Part shown: one piece after another, positions 29,128 to 36,613 of the stretch | How the letters are laid out: each line of letters opens with the position of its first letter | How positions within the stretch are numbered: the stretch's first letter is position 1 | IMG/VR virus record: IMGVR_UViG_3300037067_009442 | Coordinates: 1 to 64,000 of that record | Source: a virus | Taxonomy: Duplodnaviria > Heunggongvirae > Uroviricota > Caudoviricetes | DNA: 64,000 nt | Strand: one strand, 5' to 3' | Made by a program: the position numbers and the translations under genes | Notes under the pieces: model-generated | Seen by the model: the letters and a program-made list of their open reading frames with translations, nothing else | Databases searched by the model: none | What the model was told of the DNA's origin: nothing

Positions 29128-29270
29128 ATAGCGAGATGGAGTCTCCAGGGATCAGCTGGAGACTCCCCGGCCCGTTTTTACCGCCTACGGCCATCTCTTC
29201 GGGTGTCTCCCCACCGTATGTACCTTAGGTGGGACGGCGGCTGGCTTTCAGTACACCCCAGCCAGCTTTG
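29128..29270 (-). ncRNA. candidate structured ncRNA A
   Basis: TTGACA-17-TAGGGT promoter (29277-29305); several stems; 11-bp terminal hairpin 29138-29166. Confidence 0.6.
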
Positions 29271-29312
29271 AGACCGACCCTACCGTAAGGATCCTGGATT
29301 GTCAACCCTCTT

Positions 29313-29534
29313 CTAGGGTTTCCAGTAGAGGACATCCCAATCGTAACTCACCTCAGAGTTATCGTCGGCGGTCCTCCAGAAGCAGTCATCTTCATCCACG
29401 TGGTACAGGAGAGCCTCGACAATTGTACCCTTCGAGCAACCCCTGAGGAGAGCCCGAACGAAGATACCAACGTCAGGAGCCCGCTCCTTGACGTCGATCC
29501 ATCCATTCGAAAGGTAGTGATTGGGGTTCAGCAT
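29313..29534 (-). CDS. small phage protein (DUF551-like W..V..R.P pattern)
   Basis: WIDVKERAP...V..W; start at ATG 29534 after the hairpin. Confidence 0.6.
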   Translation of the reverse strand: MLNPNHYLSNGWIDVKERAPDVGIFVRALLRGCSKGTIVEALLYHVDEDDCFWRTADDNSEVSYDWDVLYWKP

Positions 29535-29540
29535 GTACCT

Positions 29541-29700
29541 ACAAAAGCGAAGTGGCCACCAGCGATCAACTGGTGGCCCCGAACCGTTCGGCTTTTTTAC
29601 GGCCCACAACAGTCACTTCTCGGGTTCCTCAGACTGGGTCACGTTCACCCGTACCGGGGCGTATCTAGGGCTACCACTGTTACGTGTGTGCCTTAGGTTG
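29541..29700 (-). ncRNA. candidate structured ncRNA B (related to A)
   Basis: TTGACC-18-TAGGGT promoter (29706-29735); shared motifs with A; 9-bp hairpin 29554-29578 then TTCGCTTTT. Confidence 0.6.
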
Positions 29701-29763
29701 ATCGAACCCTAGCAGACCTTCTTGGTTGGGGTCAAGAGGGAAATGGTTACTTGATCACCAGAC

Positions 29764-30180
29764 TCAACGGTTTATCTCCGAGCTCATGGCCTCCACAATC
29801 GATAGCAAGACCCTCTGGGGTACCGCGGTCGACTGGAGCATCAATCGTTGCCGATCCTCCTCAAAGCCGAGCTCAGAGTACCACAACGTTAGCCAAGGGG
29901 GGTTCGGGTAGGCAAGCTTGCCGTAGAGTACAACATCTTCTGCCCAATGACGCATCTCCACAATCTCGGTTGAGGTCAGATCTTCCCATAGTTGGGTATT
30001 CTTGTTTACTCTCATGGTTGGTCCTAAACTCCCGCAGTCAAGCGGTGGTACCTGGAGACTCAGACATTCTGATCTGTTCCTCCAAGAGGTGTTTGTAGTG
30101 ACGGATCTCGGCGTCAAGGCCTCTGTAAGAGCACCATTTATGATGCCCCTCCATTGATACCTGAATGGTGGTTCGATCAC
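29764..30180 (-). CDS. hypothetical protein (true start likely MRVNK near 30015)
   Basis: C-terminal portion is protein-like; listed start overlaps the upstream gene. Confidence 0.5.
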   Translation of the reverse strand: MIEPPFRYQWRGIINGALTEALTPRSVTTNTSWRNRSECLSLQVPPLDCGSLGPTMRVNKNTQLWEDLTSTEIVEMRHWAEDVVLYGKLAYPNPPWLTLWYSELGFEEDRQRLMLQSTAVPQRVLLSIVEAMSSEINR

Positions 30181-30301
30181 ATTCCTTGCAGAACATGTAG
30201 AACCGCTTACGTTGGCGGATCATGCACTCATCCAACCGAACCTCAAGCCTATTGATTCTCCGTTTGATTCGGTCTTTGGCTGGGATGTGGTTGGCTTTCA
30301 T
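30038..30301 (-). CDS. basic Cys/His protein
   Basis: Class A promoter at 30302-30336. Confidence 0.75.
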   Translation of the reverse strand: MKANHIPAKDRIKRRINRLEVRLDECMIRQRKRFYMFCKECDRTTIQVSMEGHHKWCSYRGLDAEIRHYKHLLEEQIRMSESPGTTA

Positions 30302-30458
30302 GATCTATCCTACGTACAAGGGTCTCGAATCTCAACTGACTTTCGGAGTTTCCTTCAACTGAGCTTGAACCTCAGCCTTACTTACTCGACGGCGAACCTT
30401 CTTAGAGCCCTTCTTGGCTTCCTCTCGAGTAACCCAGCGAGAGGTGTCACCTTGCATC

Positions 30459-30704
30459 TCAGTCTTCTTTGCTTTGAGGGCCATGGATCCCTAACTTAGC
30501 GCAAGCGGGGCAAATGGCAGTACTCTCTTGTAGGTTGAGGATCCACCCACGCTTACGGGCCTGTCTTCGGCAATCAGAGCCCGTTTCGGCGGTGAATTGT
30601 GCAGGTGGGGTGAACTGATCTGTTCCATTGTAGATGGCCACCCTGTTCTTGCACTCAGGAGGGCCATCACAGTAAAGATCCAGGGTGTAGCAACCGACGA
30701 TCAC
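30459..30704 (-). CDS. small Zn-binding protein
   Basis: YTLDLYCD...C...AR..GW...ICPAC. Confidence 0.7.
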   Translation of the reverse strand: MIVGCYTLDLYCDGPPECKNRVAIYNGTDQFTPPAQFTAETGSDCRRQARKRGWILNLQESTAICPACAKLGIHGPQSKED

Positions 30705-30878
30705 CTAACCCACCAACTTACCATCGACCATGACAGGGACAAGCGTCCCCTCCGGGTAGGGCCCACTATCCAGCCGTACCTTTATGACGAACGCTTTTGA
30801 CCCGTTCTTCCCAAGTTGGTCCACTGGAAAGGGCTCATTGTGCGAGGCCTTGTACCCATCGGTAAACTCGATATTCAT
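30705..30878 (-). CDS. 57-aa hypothetical protein (not in ORF track)
   Basis: MNIEFTDGYK...; fills the gap exactly. Confidence 0.55.
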   Translation of the reverse strand: MNIEFTDGYKASHNEPFPVDQLGKNGSKAFVIKVRLDSGPYPEGTLVPVMVDGKLVG

Positions 30879-31417
30879 GACTTCTTGGACTTTCGGCGAG
30901 GGGAGCGTGGAGGGAATAGATCAGGGAACCGTTCGGTGATGGTCCGAACCACCCCAACAAGGGTGGTATTGGGGTGTGATAAGTCTAGGTAATTACTGGT
31001 AACCCCTGGAGTACTCCGGAAGACCTCCATCTGAAGAGATTCCGCCGTTGGGGCACAGTGAGGGATCTTGACAAGAGTGATAACCCTTGGAGAACCTTGA
31101 ACTTGAGCGTACAGTCCTAAGTGGTCAGCCACTGTGTACATAGTGAGCTTGGCTACCTTGTAGTGACCGAGCTCGTGATTAATGTGCTCCATCCAGCCCT
31201 TGGCTTCTGCCAAGTAGTTACCACTCTTGACATTGGTCTCGAGGACTTTCTGGATGGCCCCTTGCAGTGCTTCTCGAACAGCTTTCTTGTTCTCATCGTA
31301 GAGAGTTGAATCCAAGCTTCCTTTCCGGTCTCGGGTCACCGAGGAAATGTAGCCTAGGATAGAACTCATCTCGAGGAGATGGCGGGCAGCTACTTTGGCG
31401 GCTTTCTCAGACTTCAT
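30875..31417 (-). CDS. hypothetical protein
   Basis: Class A promoter at 31418-31452. Confidence 0.75.
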   Translation of the reverse strand: MKSEKAAKVAARHLLEMSSILGYISSVTRDRKGSLDSTLYDENKKAVREALQGAIQKVLETNVKSGNYLAEAKGWMEHINHELGHYKVAKLTMYTVADHLGLYAQVQGSPRVITLVKIPHCAPTAESLQMEVFRSTPGVTSNYLDLSHPNTTLVGVVRTITERFPDLFPPRSPRRKSKKS

Positions 31418-31490
31418 GCTCTATCCTACGAACGAGGGGGCCAAATCTCAACCAGAAAGGTGAGTATTCTTTACTTGGTGTACTTAGGGT

Positions 31491-31790
31491 ATGCCCACTG
31501 GAATGGACGAACTAATAGTCAGCATCATCGGCACTCATGAGTCTAGGCAAATCAATACCTTACGAGAGGTTGGGTCTGACCGGATCTTAGAGCTTGCCCC
31601 TGTCCGGGGCTCCGAGAGGGCTTCCATTGACCTGAGAATGCCTTCAGGAGCGACTCTGACTATCCCAGTGGAACCTGGAGCTATGACTCAGATCCTGGAT
31701 GCCTGGAAGGCTGAGGCCACTACAGGGGTTGCGGTACCCTCCCCTGAGGTCCCGCGGGCAACCCGGTTCGAACGCATACTTCAGGACTAG
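31491..31790 (+). CDS. hypothetical protein with C-terminal TRFER tag
   Basis: GGTGTA box 8 nt upstream; ends PRATRFERILQD. Confidence 0.75.
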   Translation: MPTGMDELIVSIIGTHESRQINTLREVGSDRILELAPVRGSERASIDLRMPSGATLTIPVEPGAMTQILDAWKAEATTGVAVPSPEVPRATRFERILQD

Positions 31791-32080
31791 TCCTTCTTCG
31801 GTCCGTGCTTCCGCTTCCAGATGATGAGACTACCGACGTGGACCTCTAAGAAGTTGGACAGGCTATTCAGGTCCGCCGAGTGGTAGTTGATGTACCGAAC
31901 AATGTCCTTCTTGAGCCATTCAGGCCAGGATTTGGGTGCCCCAAAGCTTTGGCACTTGGCCTGTAGCTCGAAGGGATCCGGTATCAACGCCTCTTTCTCA
32001 GGGGTATGCTCTTCCTCACTCTCCTCTTCGTCTTCGTCATCTTCGTCCTCGAAATCATCATCATCGTCTAAGTCTGGCAT
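31787..32080 (-). CDS. protein with acidic N-terminus and HTH-like C-terminus
   Basis: Poly-D/E then helical segment ending W.RK; GGTGTA box upstream. Confidence 0.7.
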   Translation of the reverse strand: MPDLDDDDDFEDEDDEDEEESEEEHTPEKEALIPDPFELQAKCQSFGAPKSWPEWLKKDIVRYINYHSADLNSLSNFLEVHVGSLIIWKRKHGPKKD

Positions 32081-32165
32081 GGAGTTCCTTTACACCGTTT
32101 CCTAGATAATTGGTGAAAGTGCAATTCCCGGTTGAGATCTGAGAGCCTCGTACGTAGTATCCCTT

Positions 32166-32642
32166 ATGAACTCCACCGACCCCCTAGTCATACGCTGCCA
32201 CGCTCTGTTCAAGAAGCTTGTTCCTGTCGAAGGTGCTTCACCTACAGTAGAGGGTGAGATGGTTCGGGCCATAAGCCGAATCGGCTACCGTTATTCCAAC
32301 GACGGTGACTACTTCTATACGGGGTACGGCTGTGAGACTGCCGGTTCGGCTCATGCCTACTTGGTCAGGGAGTCTCCTCTCGCTTCTCACTTACACCCCA
32401 TCCTAGGGGATGCTGTTGGCAAGACTGATGACGCCTACGAGGCGGTTATCAACAAGGCCTTAGGGGTCATCGTTGCTTACGTCGAGAGTCGTGGAGAGAA
32501 CACCACCCCGAACACCACTGATATGTGGGATGTCGACTCTCTGTTTGAAGACGAAGACGAAGACTTTGAAGACGAAGACGAAGACTTTGATGACGAAGAC
32601 GAAGACTTTGATGACGAAGACGAAGACGAAGACTGTGGTTGA
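32166..32642 (+). CDS. hypothetical protein with acidic repeat tail
   Basis: Class A promoter at 32131; LVP..G...TVEGEMVRA..RI.Y.Y.NDG. Confidence 0.8.
   Translation: MNSTDPLVIRCHALFKKLVPVEGASPTVEGEMVRAISRIGYRYSNDGDYFYTGYGCETAGSAHAYLVRESPLASHLHPILGDAVGKTDDAYEAVINKALGVIVAYVESRGENTTPNTTDMWDVDSLFEDEDEDFEDEDEDFDDEDEDFDDEDEDEDCG
32544..32633. repeat. 21-nt tandem repeat x4 encoding F[E/D]DEDED
   Basis: tttgawgacgaagacgaagac. Confidence 0.9.
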
Positions 32643-32678
32643 TTATACCTATCACTCCGGTGCCCTAGGGACTAAGTT

Positions 32679-32987
32679 ATGACCAAGACCCCTATGCCTA
32701 CTCTCCTTCCCAAAGTTGGGATGGGTGCAACTGAGGAATTCATTGCCTGCAAGGACCTCCATGCTTACACAATCATTCGAGTGGCTGATAAGCGCTCAAT
32801 CTTGGTTCAACGAGACAAGGTAATCACGGAGGAAGGGCAGGAACCAACCTTTGAACGAGACCTCAATGGGGTGGTAAAAGAGGTGACTTTTCGACTAAGT
32901 GGTAACTGGGTACTCAAGGGTCTTACCGCCTCCGGAACTAAGTTCATACTCGGGAAGCGTCAAGAGTACGTTGACCCAACCTTCTGA
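32679..32987 (+). CDS. hypothetical phage protein
   Basis: VGMGAT...D.HAYT...LG.R..Y.DP.F. Confidence 0.75.
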   Translation: MTKTPMPTLLPKVGMGATEEFIACKDLHAYTIIRVADKRSILVQRDKVITEEGQEPTFERDLNGVVKEVTFRLSGNWVLKGLTASGTKFILGKRQEYVDPTF

Positions 32988-32996
32988 GAAGCCATC

Positions 32997-33335
32997 ATGC
33001 CAGATCCAAAAGTTACCGAGGAACTCATTGCCTGCAAGGACCTCCTCAAGCAACTCTTCACAGAGGGTTACTTTGAAGAGGATGACCTGACTCTGAGGAT
33101 GGTCCGGCGGCGTCTAGCAGCCTGTGATGAAGCCCAGCAGAACCCCAAGACCTTGACGGTAGAGGACTACCAAGCTCAGCAGGGTCAAACCAATCAACGC
33201 ATCCGACTTATTCTCAAGGAGAAGCTCGGAGTACAGGCCCCAGGCCACACCCTGAATGAGGCCCTGGACTTCCTTGAGTACGAATGCGGGCAAGTACGGA
33301 GTAAGATTGAATACTTAGCAGGGGAAATACCGTGA
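32997..33335 (+). CDS. hypothetical protein
   Basis: Packed ORF. Confidence 0.65.
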   Translation: MPDPKVTEELIACKDLLKQLFTEGYFEEDDLTLRMVRRRLAACDEAQQNPKTLTVEDYQAQQGQTNQRIRLILKEKLGVQAPGHTLNEALDFLEYECGQVRSKIEYLAGEIP

Positions 33336-33514
33336 AGAGGGCTTACCTAAACTTCTGGTCCGGAACCTACCGAGTCATTGAGTACCCGACTCAACGAACC
33401 CTAGCAACCTCCAAGGGACCTAAATATCCGATCTACAAGGCGAGGAAACTCGGATACTCTGTCCGCCTTTACGGATCAATGTACCAGCAGGGCACTGTAT
33501 TGAAGCCCTACTAG
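33332..33514 (+). CDS. small basic protein
   Basis: GTGA coupling. Confidence 0.5.
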   Translation: MKRAYLNFWSGTYRVIEYPTQRTLATSKGPKYPIYKARKLGYSVRLYGSMYQQGTVLKPY

Positions 33515-33576
33515 GAGGTTACTATGGCTCAGATCATCGAGGGACTGGACAACGACAGAAAGCCAGGCCCGGAGAG

Positions 33577-34850
33577 TTGCAAGAACCTAACTTCCGGGTC
33601 ATAATAGGTTCCTTGATCTCTCTTTCACATAAGATCCGTCTCTACCCTAATAAGGAGGCAATGAAGTACTTGGCCAAGTCGGCCGGTACCTCAAGGTTCG
33701 CCTATAATTGGGCATTAGCTCGATGGAAAGAGAAGTACCTAGCTGGTGAGAAAACTTCAGCTTATGGTCTGGACAAGGAATTCAACGCCCGCAAGGGCTC
33801 TGACTTCCCTTGGACCTCCGAGGTTTCTAAATGGGTGACTCAGAAGGCTATTCAAGATCTTGGTGACTCTTTCAAGCGGTTCTTCAAGAAGCTCTCTAGG
33901 TATCCTAGGTTCAAGAAGAAAGGATCTTCTCACGACTCCTTCTATATCAACTCGAACCACCTAAGGATCTCCGGTAAGTATCTGAAGCTTCCGAAGCTTC
34001 AGGGTCATATCAAAATGGCTCAGACCCTCAGGTTCAAGGACGGTGAGGTTAAATTTGCTGTGATCTCCCGAGATTCCTGTGGGGATTGGTACGCTTCTTT
34101 TAGCTTTGAGATCTCAGAAGGGTCTTATGTCTACCCACACAAGTGCGAAAACCAAGCAGTTGTAGGGGTTGACTTAGGGATCAAAACGTTAGCTACTTGC
34201 TCCGATGGTACAAAGTTCGAGAACCCAAAGCCTTTGGCTCGGGCCCAGCGCAAGCTCCGAAGGAGCCAACGTCGCCTTGCCAGGAAAGTTAGGGGTTCCA
34301 AGAACCGAGCCAAAGCGAAGCTTTTGGTAGCTAGGGTTCATCGGAGGGTAACCAGAGTCAGGTTGGATTCAATCCATAACCTAACTTCTTGGTTGGTCAA
34401 AACCTTCCGGTTCATTGGGATCGAAGATCTGAACGTTCAAGGGATGATCAAGAACCACAAGCTTGCACGGGCGTTAGCCGATGCAAGCTTCGGTGAGATC
34501 CGTCGACAAACCGAGTATAAGTCGAAGCTATCTGAATCTCATGTAGTGGTAGCTGATCGGTTCTATCCGTCCTCGAAGAGGTGTTCCGATTGTGGAGAAA
34601 CCCTAGAGAGGCTGGACCTATCCGTGAGGGAATGGTCGTGCCCCTCTTGTGGAGTCATTCATGATCGTGATGAGAATGCCTCAACTAACCTAAGACTCGT
34701 CGCCGAGAGGTACTCGGAGACTATAAACGCTTGTGGAGAAGCTGTAAGGCCTGTGCAACGCCGCAAGGCGGGGCAGAGGCGAGCTTCATTGAAGCAAGAA
34801 TCAGTGAATCAGGTAGGAGAGGTTCTTACTTGAAACCTAAATGCCAAGCA
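33577..34850 (+). mobile_element. solo tnpB element (IS200/IS605/IS607-related, no tnpA); ends approximate
   Basis: Own TTGCAA-17-CATAAT promoter; 3' hairpin at the gene end; second copy at 42.8 kb. Confidence 0.65.
33613..34833 (+). CDS. tnpB: RNA-guided endonuclease TnpB (copy 1)
   Basis: N-terminal HTH_OrfB, RuvC GVDLG / IEDL / DRDENA intact, CxxC...CxxC; TTG start aligned with copy 2. Confidence 0.95.
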   Translation: MISLSHKIRLYPNKEAMKYLAKSAGTSRFAYNWALARWKEKYLAGEKTSAYGLDKEFNARKGSDFPWTSEVSKWVTQKAIQDLGDSFKRFFKKLSRYPRFKKKGSSHDSFYINSNHLRISGKYLKLPKLQGHIKMAQTLRFKDGEVKFAVISRDSCGDWYASFSFEISEGSYVYPHKCENQAVVGVDLGIKTLATCSDGTKFENPKPLARAQRKLRRSQRRLARKVRGSKNRAKAKLLVARVHRRVTRVRLDSIHNLTSWLVKTFRFIGIEDLNVQGMIKNHKLARALADASFGEIRRQTEYKSKLSESHVVVADRFYPSSKRCSDCGETLERLDLSVREWSCPSCGVIHDRDENASTNLRLVAERYSETINACGEAVRPVQRRKAGQRRASLKQESVNQVGEVLT

Positions 34851-34872
34851 GCCTCAGGAATGAAGGAGTAAG

Positions 34873-35469
34873 ATGGCACAAGTGGCAATCCTCAAGAAGT
34901 GGCACTACAAGAGCCCGGGCCTCAAGGAGGGTGCCTTACTTTGTGCTCAGATGGTGGTAGATCAGCTCGGTAAGGCAGGGGTGCCTGTTCAAATTCAAGC
35001 CGATGATCCTGTGGTTCAGGTATCCATTGAGAGCCCATTCCACAAGTCCCCCCAGACCAGTTTCATCATCATTGAAGATCCCGAGGCTAAGGGACTTCTC
35101 ACGGTGAGGTTCGAATCAACCCACCTGAACAACGACTTCAACTTGGAACCCAAGCGGGTAGTTCAGAAAAGTACCAAGCAGAGCGCTGACAAATTCGTCG
35201 CTCAGGTTGCGAATGAGGCTAAAGAGCGTTGGGTAGCGGAATCCAAGTATGTAGCCCAACTCAAGACCTCAGACTTCCTCAGGGCCCGAATGGAGGTGGT
35301 TGTATCGAACCTCCAAGTGGAGTACCCTGACTACGCAGACTTCATCGAGGTTGATGAGACTGGCCGGATTGAGTTCCACGCGTCCTTCAGTACCTATGCT
35401 GACGCTCAGACCGTTCTTCGAGCCCTTCGCTCTGGTCGAGTTGTCCTACCGGGTAAAGTCCGGAAATAA
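34873..35469 (+). CDS. hypothetical protein
   Basis: AAGGAG RBS; 198-aa ORF. Confidence 0.75.
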   Translation: MAQVAILKKWHYKSPGLKEGALLCAQMVVDQLGKAGVPVQIQADDPVVQVSIESPFHKSPQTSFIIIEDPEAKGLLTVRFESTHLNNDFNLEPKRVVQKSTKQSADKFVAQVANEAKERWVAESKYVAQLKTSDFLRARMEVVVSNLQVEYPDYADFIEVDETGRIEFHASFSTYADAQTVLRALRSGRVVLPGKVRK

Positions 35470-35513
35470 CAAATCTTGGTTGAGATTCAACCCTCTCATA
35501 CGTAGGATAGATC

Positions 35514-36061
35514 ATGTCGTACAGCAAGCTCGGACTCGCCGAACAAGCTCAGACCCTGATGGATCAGGTGGTAATCGAACTCCAGAAGCTTGGTTTGACC
35601 GTATCTGTATCTAAGAACGGAAGGGGGATCTAGTTCTATCCCGAGGCACTGATGATATCTGCTCTGTTCGGGAATCTACTAACAGTAGTGGGTTTCGTAG
35701 TTACCCTAGTGGGCACTTGGAGGTGTGGTTCTACCCCATCTATGAGGAGCTTGAGAACAAGCGAGCCAAGACCCTCAAGGATAGTACTAAGGGATTACTC
35801 GCGAAGGTTGTCAGCTCAATTCAAGAGCGAGTTGAGTTCATTGATCGGGTCGCTAAGGCTAAGGCTGCGAAGAGGTCCAAGGAAGGATCTCTTCAGGGGG
35901 CGGTCCAAGATCTTCGGAATAAGTACCCCGCTTACAAGGGAGCTGTTCGAGCTGAACACACCTTCAACAGAGTTGAGATCAAGTTCAACCTCACTGCCGA
36001 GAAGGCTGCGAAACTCCTATCCTGTCTTGCAGCGGGTGGTTACTTGAGTACTGAGGACTGA
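35514..36061 (+). pseudogene. frameshifted gene (-1 shift near 35615-35630)
   Basis: Class A promoter at 35479 gives ATG 35514, stop 35631; the -1 frame is open 35615-36061 and protein-like. Confidence 0.65.
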
Positions 36062-36101
36062 TTCGGGTTGAGATCTGGGTCCCTCGTACATAGGATAGAT
36101 C

Positions 36102-36314
36102 ATGACCAAAGCTGAACTAATCGCGGCACTTGAACCGTTCTCTGACTCGGAGCAGGTGATGATCCTCGACGGGTTCAACGGTGGGGGAAACCCTCGAGAG
36201 ATCAACCACGGCCCGCAGAAGCGGATCGTTACCGAAGCTGATGCCGATGACGCGGCCGATTGTGAGGAGTTGATTGGAAAACAAGTCATTATCTTAGGGT
36301 ATGGGTTCTACTGA
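36102..36314 (+). CDS. small phage protein
   Basis: Class A promoter at 36067; MT..ELI..L. Confidence 0.75.
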   Translation: MTKAELIAALEPFSDSEQVMILDGFNGGGNPREINHGPQKRIVTEADADDAADCEELIGKQVIILGYGFY

Positions 36315-36316
36315 CC

Positions 36317-36565
36317 ATGCAAATCCAACTCGAAAGCACCGACGAGATCCTCTATTTCATCTGTATGGTGGGTAGCACCAGTAATATGAAGATCTACGAG
36401 CAGTTCGAGGAACACTCCACTCGGGAGATTGATATGATCCTGACTGATCTCCTCCGTGACGGGCTCATTCGAAGTGAGGACAACGGGAACTACGTAGTGA
36501 CACCTGCGAGTGAAGAGCGTATTGCAACGTTCCGCAAGACACTACCTCGAACGGTCAGAAAGTAA
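36317..36565 (+). CDS. small winged-helix-like protein
   Basis: I..IL..L...GLI.....Y.VT. Confidence 0.6.
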   Translation: MQIQLESTDEILYFICMVGSTSNMKIYEQFEEHSTREIDMILTDLLRDGLIRSEDNGNYVVTPASEERIATFRKTLPRTVRK

Positions 36566-36571
36566 GTAAGT

Positions 36572-36609
36572 AAGGGCCTCCTGGTCGTGACAGGGGCCCT
36601 TCGCTTTTG
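36572..36609 (+). terminator. intrinsic terminator between convergent genes
   Basis: aagggcctcctg ... caggggccctt then cgctttt. Confidence 0.7.
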
Positions 36610-36613
36610 TGAC

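Noticed and set aside
29128-29270. TPP riboswitch or HDV-like ribozyme identity for ncRNA A
   Set aside because: Only fragments match; no CUGAGA core, and the segment available for HDV P3/L3 is too short
33523-33603. Short ORF MAQIIEGLDNDRK... as a target gene interrupted by tnpB copy 1
   Set aside because: Has a good RBS, but I cannot define element ends or a convincing continuation without an empty-site allele
35631-36047. TAG readthrough or alternative genetic code
   Set aside because: Readthrough frame looks like shadow sequence; TAG ends many genes cleanly, including right after PTRF tags
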